In this document: piece by piece, positions 8,782 to 17,280 of the stretch
How positions within the stretch are numbered: position 1 is the stretch's first letter
How the letters are laid out: every line of letters starts with the position of its first letter
Assembly: GCA_964346815.1 (NCBI GenBank)
Contig: CAYFWF010000059.1
Span: forward strand, 10,896 to 74,895
Direction: 5' to 3'
Length of the DNA stretch: 64,000 nucleotides
DNA from: an uncultured Eubacteriales bacterium
Lineage (GTDB): Bacteria; Acidobacteriota; Aminicenantia; Aminicenantales; Aminicenantaceae
The notes under the pieces: model-generated
Databases searched by the model: none
What the model was told of the DNA's origin: nothing
The model's input: only the letters and a program-made list of their open reading frames with translations
Made by a program: the position numbers and the translations under genes

Positions 8782-10476
8782 ATGAAAAAATCTCCATCTG
8801 TTCCGGTTTTGTGTATGCTCCTGATCCTCGGCCTTGCAGAGATAGGATGCCAGACAGAGTCAGCATCGGCAACAAACGCGGCAATTTCTGAGGTGGACAA
8901 AATCTTCAGGCCGTGGGATAAACCTGACACCCCGGGTGCAGCACTGGCCGTTATCAAGGACGGCAAGGTGATCTATAAAAAAGGCTACGGGTACGCTCAA
9001 CTGGAATATGACATTCCGATCTCTCCTTCCACGATCTTCCATGTCGCTTCTGTATCCAAGCAGTTTACCGCCTTCGCCATCGCACTGCTGGCAGGCCAGG
9101 GCAAGTTGTCTCTGGATGACGATATCCACATCTACCTTCCAGAGGTGCCAGATTTTGGAAAAAGGATAACCATCCGGCATCTTATCCACCATACCAGCGG
9201 ACTCCGCGACCAATGGGAGATGTTGGCCATAGCAGGATGGAGACTCGACGATGTGATCACCAAGGAACACATCCTCACAGCGGTCAGAAACCAAAAAGAA
9301 CTGAATTTCATACCAGGCGATGAGTATCTTTACTGCAACACAGGCTATACCCTGCTTGCTGAAATCGTGGAACGCTTGTCTGGACACCCCTTTTCCGAAT
9401 GGACCAAGAAGAACATGTTCCAACCCCTGGGTATGATCCACACCCACTTTCATGACGATCATGAGATGATCGTAAAAAATAGAGCTTATTCCTATGTTCC
9501 CGAGGAGAACGGGGGCTTCAAAAAGAGGGTCTTGAGCTATGCGAATGTAGGAGCGACCAGCCTGTTCACAACGGTTGAAGACCTGGCCAAATGGGCCGAT
9601 AATTTCTTCGAGAAACGCCTGGGAGGTCCTGAAGTTATAGCCCAGATGGAACAGCAGGGTGTTCTCAACAGCGGGGAAAAAATCGACTATGCCTTCGGAT
9701 TGGCCATCGGTGAATACAAAGGATTGAAAACCATATCGCACAGTGGAGGGGACGCAGGATTCCGCAGCCATCTTCTGCTCTTTCCCGATCAAAGATTCGC
9801 AGTGGCCGTCCTCAGCAACTGCGGGTCCATGAATCCTGCACAGCTGGCCAGGCAAACTGCCGAAGTATATCTGGGTGGTCTTTTGGATGAGGGAACGAGC
9901 AAGGAAAAGCCCTCCGAACGCAGAGTAGCGAACATCCCCCCTTCAGTACTCGAGGTTTACGAGGGCAGATACGAGCTGGAGGACGGAAGCATTTTAACTC
10001 TTATCAAAGAGGGTAACTGCCTGGTGGCCGAACATCCGAATGCACCAGAAAAAATGCAGTTGTTCCCAGAGTCGATGGCTAAATTTTTCTTGAAGACAGC
10101 GGATGTCCAGGTGCACTTCCATCCCGAAGAAGACGGCTATGTCGAGCGTTTAACCGTATTCGCAGAGGGAAAGACCATAAAGGGTAAAAGGAGCAAGGTC
10201 GAGGAGTTCACCCTGGAACAGCTGCGAGAGTATGCCGGGGACTATTACAGCGAGGAACTCGACACGACTTACAAAATCGTCCTTCAGCACGATAAAATGT
10301 TAGCCAGTCACAGGCGGCATGGGGACATACCTCTGGTCAGGGCTAAAGAAGATGTGTTTACAGGAAGACGATGGTTTTTCCATAAGATTCAATTCGTGAG
10401 GGACGAAACAGATCAAATCGCAGGATTCCTGCTGACTGGAGGACGCGTCAGGAATCTTCGCTTCGAACGCAAGTAA
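8782..10476 (+). CDS. serine hydrolase of the class-C beta-lactamase / PBP4* fold, lipoprotein
   Basis: It has the S-x-x-K motif (ASVSKQF) and the Y-x-N motif (YCNTGY). The ATG at 8782 follows AAGGAGA. The lipobox-like sequence LGLAEIGC is present, and a C-terminal extra domain of about 190 aa follows the fold. Confidence 0.8.
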   Translation: MKKSPSVPVLCMLLILGLAEIGCQTESASATNAAISEVDKIFRPWDKPDTPGAALAVIKDGKVIYKKGYGYAQLEYDIPISPSTIFHVASVSKQFTAFAIALLAGQGKLSLDDDIHIYLPEVPDFGKRITIRHLIHHTSGLRDQWEMLAIAGWRLDDVITKEHILTAVRNQKELNFIPGDEYLYCNTGYTLLAEIVERLSGHPFSEWTKKNMFQPLGMIHTHFHDDHEMIVKNRAYSYVPEENGGFKKRVLSYANVGATSLFTTVEDLAKWADNFFEKRLGGPEVIAQMEQQGVLNSGEKIDYAFGLAIGEYKGLKTISHSGGDAGFRSHLLLFPDQRFAVAVLSNCGSMNPAQLARQTAEVYLGGLLDEGTSKEKPSERRVANIPPSVLEVYEGRYELEDGSILTLIKEGNCLVAEHPNAPEKMQLFPESMAKFFLKTADVQVHFHPEEDGYVERLTVFAEGKTIKGKRSKVEEFTLEQLREYAGDYYSEELDTTYKIVLQHDKMLASHRRHGDIPLVRAKEDVFTGRRWFFHKIQFVRDETDQIAGFLLTGGRVRNLRFERK

Positions 10477-10518
10477 CTGGCTACTTTTTTATAACTCATT
10501 CAGGTTCATTAGGAAAGA

Positions 10519-11037
10519 ATGCTCAAGTCGGTCAAGAAAAAACACGTTGTTCTCCTCATAATGACTCCATTCTTTTTAATGACCGCCTGCGGTCAAAAAA
10601 CAGATGAGGATCTGATCCGAGAGCTGATGAAGGAGGTAGGCCATCATTTGGAGAAAAAAGACCTCAGAGGTCTTCTGAACTTGCTGGAAGACGACTACTC
10701 GGACTTCCACGGGAGGAACAAGAGCCAAACCGAGGGCATGGTCCAGTCCTACTTCAGTCAATTCCGAGGAATCGTCATCCATATCCTCCACACCAGGGTC
10801 GAGGAGATCGAGGCACAGGAGGCTTCTATTCAGTGTGATGTGGCACTCTCCTCAGGAGCGGCCCGAGCGTTTCGTAAGTTGATCAGAGTATCGACCGATA
10901 ACTACCGTTTTAAGATCAAGCTCATAAAAAAAGAGGGCCGTTGGTCGATTCGATATGCAGAGTGGGCCTACATAGGACTCGATGAACTCTTCCCTGAATC
11001 CCTGTCCATCCTAAAAAAAATCTTCTCCGATGAATAG
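10519..11037 (+). CDS. hypothetical lipoprotein
   Basis: It has a signal peptide with a lipobox (FLMTACGQ). I recognise no catalytic motif. Confidence 0.55.
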   Translation: MLKSVKKKHVVLLIMTPFFLMTACGQKTDEDLIRELMKEVGHHLEKKDLRGLLNLLEDDYSDFHGRNKSQTEGMVQSYFSQFRGIVIHILHTRVEEIEAQEASIQCDVALSSGAARAFRKLIRVSTDNYRFKIKLIKKEGRWSIRYAEWAYIGLDELFPESLSILKKIFSDE

Positions 11038-11218
11038 CATGAATAGGTCATGAAAAGAGCGATCCAGCATAAGTCACGAAAATGGCGCCAAGACCGAGAC
11101 ATAATTTTTCATAAAAGATATAATAGAGAATCCGTTCCCTTCAAAGAATTGGAGGAAACAAGAAGTCTTTTCGAAAACACTCTTATCGACCAGAGAAAAC
11201 TAAAACAAGGAGGATGAA

Positions 11219-12151
11219 ATGGGAGAACCTGCATCGGCAATAAAAAATATAACGGTTGAAATCGTAGTGATCGGATCAGGGCCGGCAGGCCTGACCGCCG
11301 GCTTATATACATCACGTGCGGGAAGGAAAACAATCATCCTGGAAGGAAGAGTGGCATCCCGTTTATCCATCGGGTATGGACTGGAAAATTACCCTGGTTT
11401 CATTTCCATCGACAGCCAAGAACTCTTGGAAAGAATGAGAAAACACGCCCAACACTTTGGAGCAGAGATTATGAAAGGGGCTGCCATCAACTTCAGCCTG
11501 GCTACCGACCCGAAATATGTCACGACCAGAGACACCCTGATCGAGGCCAAAGCCGTCATCATTGCTACTGGCAGAGGCATTCCTCCCGGGAGGATGATCC
11601 AAGGGGAGGAAAGGTTCTTGGGGACGGGCGTGAGCTATTGCGCCACCTGTGATGGCCCTCTTTTCCGCGGCCAACAAGTCGTGGCTTTAGGGAACACCGA
11701 TGAAGCGGCCGAAGACATCCTGGCGCTCAAAGGAATGGAATCCGACGTACGCTGGATTCCTGGCGCGGATGAGATCAAGGTTTCAGACAATCTCTTAGAA
11801 GAAATCAGGGCAAAGGGCATCCCTATTCTCGAAAGGACAGCGATCAAAAAAATCGATGGTGACCATCGAGTTAAAAAAGTGGTCATCGAAAGAGAGGGGA
11901 GGGAAGAAGATCTGGATGTCGCAGCGATCTTTATTTTCAGAGACATCCCTTCGACATCGCTCTTCGGTAAAGCTGGCGTGGAGTTAGACCATAAGCAGTG
12001 TATCAAAGTGGACCGCTTTCAACGGACCAATCTCGAGGGAGTGTTCGCAGCGGGAGATGTGACCTGCGGAGGGCTTCAGATCGTATCTGCCGCTGGTGAA
12101 GGATGTGTGGCAGCGCTCCAAGCCATAGGTTACGTAAGAAAAAAATCTTAA
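11219..12151 (+). CDS. trxB: thioredoxin-disulfide reductase-like flavoprotein
   Basis: It has an FAD-binding motif (VVIGSGPAGLTAG), the redox-active CATCDG motif, and a second dinucleotide fold with a C-terminal GDV motif (FAAGDVT). An AAGGAGG RBS precedes the start. Confidence 0.75.
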   Translation: MGEPASAIKNITVEIVVIGSGPAGLTAGLYTSRAGRKTIILEGRVASRLSIGYGLENYPGFISIDSQELLERMRKHAQHFGAEIMKGAAINFSLATDPKYVTTRDTLIEAKAVIIATGRGIPPGRMIQGEERFLGTGVSYCATCDGPLFRGQQVVALGNTDEAAEDILALKGMESDVRWIPGADEIKVSDNLLEEIRAKGIPILERTAIKKIDGDHRVKKVVIEREGREEDLDVAAIFIFRDIPSTSLFGKAGVELDHKQCIKVDRFQRTNLEGVFAAGDVTCGGLQIVSAAGEGCVAALQAIGYVRKKS

Positions 12152-12179
12152 TGAAGATCTCTGAGTGCAGAGCCCTTTG

Positions 12180-13397
12180 TCATCCCAGATAGAGATCTTC
12201 ATCGATCAGGGATTTTATCCTCGAGCCGATGTCGATATCTCTGCGGCAGGAAGCTGTGCAGGGGGAACATTCCCGGCAAACGTTGAGCCCTTGATTTTCA
12301 GGAAGCTCGGCAATTGTCGTTCTTGCTTGGACATAATTTCCGTAGCCTTTGGCATACATGTAGGACCTCATGAGCTTCGGAACTTCGACTCCACGGGGGC
12401 AAGTAGGAATACAGGAACGGCAGTTTTGGCAGTAAAGCGTACCTCTCATGGATCCGGCTAACTGAAGGTCTCTCTGTTCTTTTCCGGTCAAGGCCAGATC
12501 ATTCATGACGCCCAGGTTCAGGTCTAGCTGCTCAAAAGTGGTCACCCCGGGGATGGTGGTGCACACGTTTTCGTCATTCAACACCCATTTCAAGGCTGCC
12601 TGATGATTGATCTCCACATCCGGATCCTGCTGCAGCCGTCTTCCTCCCTGGGTCTTCATGGCAACCACTCCTACGCCTTTTCCCACCGCATACTGGATGG
12701 CCTTTTTTACTTCTTCCTTCTCCTCCTGGACATAATTGTAGGCCGTAAGCACGACGTCATAAATCCCTGCATCAGCAGTCGCTCTTATGACATTCGCCAT
12801 ATCTGCATGAGTGGTCGTTCCAATAAATCTTGCTTTCCCTTGTTTTTTTGCCTTGACCAGGGCATTCATCAACGGCTCATAGGTCGCCATCTGGGGGCTG
12901 TAGCAGCTATGGAGGTAAAGGATGTCCACATAATCCGTTCGCAACCTCTGAAGGCTTGTCTCGAGCTGCTCGAAAAGATTCTCTGCGGTGGCCCCGGGCT
13001 CCCGGGCACTTCCTCTCAAGAGAAAAACGCGCTTTTCATTATCGCGAGCGAAGCGCATCTTGGTCGCCACATAAACCTTTTCCCGGTTCCCGTTCCTCTC
13101 CAACACCTCACCTATAACCCTTTCACTGTTTCCTCTCAAGTATACATGGGCTGTGTCCAGGTGTGTGATGCCCCTATCCAGCGCCCTTTTTATCAAATCC
13201 GGGCTGTCGGAGTTCATCACTCCGAAACTGACTATCGGAATCCGCAGATTTGTGCGGCCCAAAGTGCGGTAGATAATTTTGGACTCCCTTTCTTGACCGA
13301 CGATTTCTTTGTTGAGAAATGGAGTCGCAAGACCTGCGGAGAAAAGTCCGAAGGCTGATTTTCCGATAAATTCTCGTCTCTTCATTCTGTGTCCCAT
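12180..13397 (-). CDS. aldo/keto reductase fused to a C-terminal 2x[4Fe-4S]-type Cys-cluster domain, with a twin-arginine signal
   Basis: The N-terminus (MKRREFIGKSAFGLFSAG) is Tat-like. The AKR core includes GITHLDTAHVY. The C-terminus carries CQNCRSCIPTCP and CRECSPCTASC. AGGAG plus 5 nt precedes the ATG at 13397. Confidence 0.75.
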   Translation of the reverse strand: MGHRMKRREFIGKSAFGLFSAGLATPFLNKEIVGQERESKIIYRTLGRTNLRIPIVSFGVMNSDSPDLIKRALDRGITHLDTAHVYLRGNSERVIGEVLERNGNREKVYVATKMRFARDNEKRVFLLRGSAREPGATAENLFEQLETSLQRLRTDYVDILYLHSCYSPQMATYEPLMNALVKAKKQGKARFIGTTTHADMANVIRATADAGIYDVVLTAYNYVQEEKEEVKKAIQYAVGKGVGVVAMKTQGGRRLQQDPDVEINHQAALKWVLNDENVCTTIPGVTTFEQLDLNLGVMNDLALTGKEQRDLQLAGSMRGTLYCQNCRSCIPTCPRGVEVPKLMRSYMYAKGYGNYVQARTTIAELPENQGLNVCRECSPCTASCRRDIDIGSRIKSLIDEDLYLG

Positions 13398-13613
13398 TCT
13401 AACTCCTAAATTAAAATTATAGGAAAACTAAAGATTTGACTGCCTATTCTATCACGATGATCCTTTTTTTCAACCTTTTTTGCCAGTATGTTTTTTCTCT
13501 TCCAAAATCGTGATGGCATTTATCAAATCTTTGCTGACTTTTTTCCATGATTTTCATACTTGATAAAAATTTTATTATCGAGGAAAATGGATATTTATTA
13601 TCGGGAGGTAAGA

Positions 13614-14336
13614 ATGGAGAAGAAAATTATTCAAATCTCAATATTCCTCTTTCTGGTTTTGACTCTCTGCACAACAAACATCACGGCCAGCCAAACAGAG
13701 GAAACAGAAAGCAAAGTTCCAGAACTTACGGCCTTTCACGAAATCATCTATCCCATCTGGCATACTGCCTACCCGGAAAAAGACTACGAGGCCCTGCGAA
13801 GTTATGTCCCGGAGATCAACCGTCTGGCTGGAGATCTCTACAGAGCCACACTCCCTGGAATCCTGAGAGACAAGAAAACCAGATGGGAGAAAGGGATTAA
13901 GGAATTCAAACAAGTCGTGGAGGAATACAACAAAGCAGCTGCCGGCGATGACAACCAATCCCTTTTGAATGCGGCCGAAGAACTGCATTCCAAGTTCGAG
14001 ATGTTGGTTCGAATCATCAGACCTGCTCTCAGAGAGGTCGATGAATTCCACAAAGTTCTGTACGTGGTCTACCACAAATATCTCCCGAAAAAAGAATTCC
14101 ACAGCATAAAGTCTGTGGCTGACGATCTGGTACAAAAAGCAGAGGCCGTCACAAAAGCCTCGCTTCCCAAAAGGCTTGAATCCAAGGCCGAAGATTTCAC
14201 TGCCGCTGCCCAGGAATTGTATGCTTCTTCGAAATCTTTAACCGAAGCTTGCCAGCAGGGAAATGAGGAGTCCATCGAAAAAGCAATCGATCATCTGCAT
14301 ACAAAGTACCAGAATCTGGAAAAGATCTTCGACTGA
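13614..14336 (+). CDS. secreted all-helical protein with an internal duplication; function unknown
   Basis: The ATG at 13614 follows GGGAGG, and a signal peptide is present. A two-fold repeat carries FHEIIYPIWHTAYPEKDY and FHKVLYVVYHKYLPKKEF. Confidence 0.6.
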   Translation: MEKKIIQISIFLFLVLTLCTTNITASQTEETESKVPELTAFHEIIYPIWHTAYPEKDYEALRSYVPEINRLAGDLYRATLPGILRDKKTRWEKGIKEFKQVVEEYNKAAAGDDNQSLLNAAEELHSKFEMLVRIIRPALREVDEFHKVLYVVYHKYLPKKEFHSIKSVADDLVQKAEAVTKASLPKRLESKAEDFTAAAQELYASSKSLTEACQQGNEESIEKAIDHLHTKYQNLEKIFD

Positions 14337-14400
14337 ATTATTGTCCTGCAGAATATACTCTCTTCAGGAACAGATTCGTCAGGTTGCCGAGAGGTACAGA

Positions 14401-16233
14401 ATGACAAGAAAATCGCCTATCGAAAAGATCACAACGCTTATTCTGATAACATTTTTCCTCTTAGCGGCAGTCTCCTGCACCAAAAAAACATCAGAACCTG
14501 ATATGGAATGGCGTCCGGTCGAGGGGCGTATCATGACACGTTGGGCCAAAGATGTTTCCCCGGCCGACGTTCATCCAGATTATCCCCGCCCCCAAATGGT
14601 GCGGGAGGAGTGGATGGGGCTCAACGGCTTATGGGAATATGCAATTCTTCCTGAAAGCAAGAGCGCTCCAGAACAGTTCGACGGACCCATACTGGTTCCC
14701 TTTCCCGTCGAATCCGCTCTCTCAGGGGTGCAAAAACCGGTGGGAAAGGAAAACCGTCTCTGGTACAGGCGGACATTCAGTATTCCTGAAAGGTGGTCGC
14801 AAAAGCGCATTCTCCTGCATTTCGAAGCTGTGGATTGGGAGACGACAGTCTGGATCAACGATAGAGAGCTGGGATTCCACCGTGGCGGATACGATCCTTT
14901 TACGTTCGATATCACCGACTTCATAAAAAAAAAGGGACCCCAGGAAATCGTTCTTTCTGTGTGGGATCCGATCGATGAGGGCTTCCAGCCCCACGGAAAA
15001 CAGGTGAAAGAACCTCGAGGAATCTGGTACACTTCGGTCACAGGAATATGGCGGACCGTATGGCTTGAACCGGTCGATCAAAAGTGCATCCAGTCTTTCA
15101 AAGTCTATCCCGACATCGATACCCAAGAAGTCCGCATTTCGGTTTCTTGTACGGATGAAACACCGGGATATCGATTGGAGATCGAGGTCCAAGAAGAAGG
15201 AACGATGAAAGGACAGGCTACAGGCTTGGCAGGGAGAGAAATCTCGATTCCTATCCATAATCCCAGACTCTGGTCCCCAGATTCTCCTTTCCTGTATGAT
15301 CTGGTCATTGCATTGAAGGACCGCCGGGGCAGGGAAACCGATCGTATAGAAAGCTATTTCGGCATGCGAAAAATATCGCTCGGAAAGGATGATGAAGGGG
15401 TGACCAGGATTTTTCTGAACAATGAACCCCAGTTCATGATCGGCCCTTTAGACCAGGGCTGGTGGCCTGACGGTTTCTATACAGCGCCCACAGACGAGGC
15501 CTTGCGCTACGATCTCGAAGTGATCAAGAAACTGGGCATGAATATGCTGCGAAAACATGTCAAGATCGAACCTCGACGATTTTATTACTGGTGCGACACA
15601 CTGGGCGTTCTTGTCTGGCAGGACATGCCAAACGGCGATGCTCATGTCGGGAAAGGGGCAGACGATATCATACGCTCTCCGGAATCGGCCCGGCAATTCG
15701 AACTCGAATTGAAAGGTATGATCGAAACATTGTTCAACCACCCTTGCATCGTGATGTGGGTTCCCTTCAATGAAGGATGGGGACAGTATGATACGGTGGG
15801 TATCGTGGAAATGATTAAGGAGCTTGATCCCACACGTTTGGTCGACAACGCCAGCGGGTGGGCCGACCGAGGAGCAGGTGATGTTCATGATATCCATTCC
15901 TATCCCGGCCCCGATGCCCCTCCCAACGAGCCCGGTCGTGCGGCCGTGTTGGGAGAGTTCGGAGGCCTGGGCCTCCCGATAAAAGGACATACCTGGCAGG
16001 ATGAAAAAAACTGGGGATACCGCACCTATGAAAATCCCGAAGAGCTGACCAATGCCTACGCAGGTCTTATCGAGAAATTGAAATATCTGATAAAAGGAGG
16101 ATTATCTGCTGCAGTCTATACCCAAACAACCGATGTAGAAATAGAGGTGAACGGGTTGATGACCTATGACCGCGCAATCATCAAAATGAATCCCGAACGG
16201 CTGGCTGATATAAACAAAAAGCTTTGCAAATAA
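14401..16233 (+). CDS. glycoside hydrolase family 2 (beta-galactosidase/beta-glucuronidase/mannosidase-like), lipoprotein
   Basis: The GH2 sugar-binding block is present (LWYRRTFSIP...LLHFEAVDWETTVWINDRELGFHRGGYDPFTFDIT). The TIM-barrel region carries WVPFNEGW. I chose the ATG at 14401, which gives a lipobox (LLAAVSC). Confidence 0.8.
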   Translation: MTRKSPIEKITTLILITFFLLAAVSCTKKTSEPDMEWRPVEGRIMTRWAKDVSPADVHPDYPRPQMVREEWMGLNGLWEYAILPESKSAPEQFDGPILVPFPVESALSGVQKPVGKENRLWYRRTFSIPERWSQKRILLHFEAVDWETTVWINDRELGFHRGGYDPFTFDITDFIKKKGPQEIVLSVWDPIDEGFQPHGKQVKEPRGIWYTSVTGIWRTVWLEPVDQKCIQSFKVYPDIDTQEVRISVSCTDETPGYRLEIEVQEEGTMKGQATGLAGREISIPIHNPRLWSPDSPFLYDLVIALKDRRGRETDRIESYFGMRKISLGKDDEGVTRIFLNNEPQFMIGPLDQGWWPDGFYTAPTDEALRYDLEVIKKLGMNMLRKHVKIEPRRFYYWCDTLGVLVWQDMPNGDAHVGKGADDIIRSPESARQFELELKGMIETLFNHPCIVMWVPFNEGWGQYDTVGIVEMIKELDPTRLVDNASGWADRGAGDVHDIHSYPGPDAPPNEPGRAAVLGEFGGLGLPIKGHTWQDEKNWGYRTYENPEELTNAYAGLIEKLKYLIKGGLSAAVYTQTTDVEIEVNGLMTYDRAIIKMNPERLADINKKLCK

Positions 16234-16375
16234 TTTAGGGACAGTATACTCATTCACTGAATTGTTCCTCCATAAAAAAAATTCTTGGTTCGAGGGAGAC
16301 ATCTTAAACTTTTTTGGAATAAAAACGTAATAGAAAAGAGTATATCAAGACGATTGTTCAAAGGAGGTTTATATC

Positions 16376-17101
16376 ATGAAAAAAATGATCACATTCTCTT
16401 TCTTGAGTATTTTTCTTTTCAGTTTGGCAGCTTCTTCTGGGTCTGCTCAGTCGGTCGAAGACATCCTGCAGAAAATGATCGAAAATCAGGGCGGGAAAAC
16501 AACTCTCGAAAGTATCGAAGATACCACTATGAGCGGCACGATAGAACTCGCTCAGATGGGCTTGAACGGAACCATCACTGTTTATAAAAAGGAACCGGAC
16601 AAAAGGCGTGTAGATGTGGAAGTAATGGGCATGCTCATCACCCAAGCTTATGACGGATCGATGGCCTGGTGGGTCAATCCTCAGACTGGAGCAACCGAGG
16701 AAATGCCTGTGACAGAAGCTGCGGGCATGAAGAGAGAGAGCATGCCCAGTGTCGCTATCCTGAATCCCAAAAAATATGGCCTCAGTTACGCTCTCAAAGG
16801 CAAAGAGCAAATTGAAGGAAAAGATCACTTTGTCCTCGAACAAACCTACCCTGACGGCTTCAAGGTTACTCTATACCTGGACAGCAAAACCTATCTCGCC
16901 ACAAAATCCAAAGGCATATCGAAAACCCAAATGGGAGAAGTGGAATTCGAACAGTCTATTTCAGACTACAAGAAAGTCAACGGTATGATGATTCCTCATG
17001 CGGTTACATCATATCAAAACGGCGCAGAATACATGAAAATCTCTCTTACGGAGATCAAGTTCAACACAGGCCTAGAAGATTCTTTTTTTAAAATGAACTG
17101 A
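16376..17101 (+). CDS. LolA-like outer-membrane lipoprotein-sorting family protein
   Basis: It has a signal peptide and the motif SVEDILQKMIENQGG. The size (241 aa) and beta-rich pattern are typical of this family. An AAAGGAGG RBS precedes the start. Confidence 0.55.
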   Translation: MKKMITFSFLSIFLFSLAASSGSAQSVEDILQKMIENQGGKTTLESIEDTTMSGTIELAQMGLNGTITVYKKEPDKRRVDVEVMGMLITQAYDGSMAWWVNPQTGATEEMPVTEAAGMKRESMPSVAILNPKKYGLSYALKGKEQIEGKDHFVLEQTYPDGFKVTLYLDSKTYLATKSKGISKTQMGEVEFEQSISDYKKVNGMMIPHAVTSYQNGAEYMKISLTEIKFNTGLEDSFFKMN

Positions 17102-17213
17102 TAAGCCTCGACAGAGTCACCTGTACAAAGGGCCCAACGACTCAATAAAGACACTTTTAAGGAGAGTTAATCGCATAGCTGCATAAAAAAAGCCTTTCTC
17201 CGCCGCGTTGATT

Positions 17214-17242
17214 TTGACACATACAGCTTGACCGTTTATTAT
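17214..17242 (+). promoter_or_regulatory. sigma-70-type promoter candidate TTGACA-N17-TATTAT for kinase paralog 1
   Basis: Hexamers and spacing were read directly from the sequence. The element ends 38 nt before the ATG at 17281. Confidence 0.45.
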
Positions 17243-17280
17243 GAACACATAAACAGTAGAATAACGAGGACTATCCCAGA

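Noticed and set aside
8860-9855. Long antisense or alternative-frame ORFs inside well-supported genes. Examples: 8860-9855 (331 aa), 3079-3687, 12603-13358, 14722-15258, 15448-15990, 20614-21276, 35629-36237, 36283-36810, 44943-45356, 46388-46882, 50682-51248 and 51891-52346.
   Set aside because: Each lies entirely within a gene on the opposite strand or in another frame that has clear family motifs. Their translations are low-complexity (R/S/P/G-rich), lack an RBS and show no recognisable domains. They are typical shadow ORFs.
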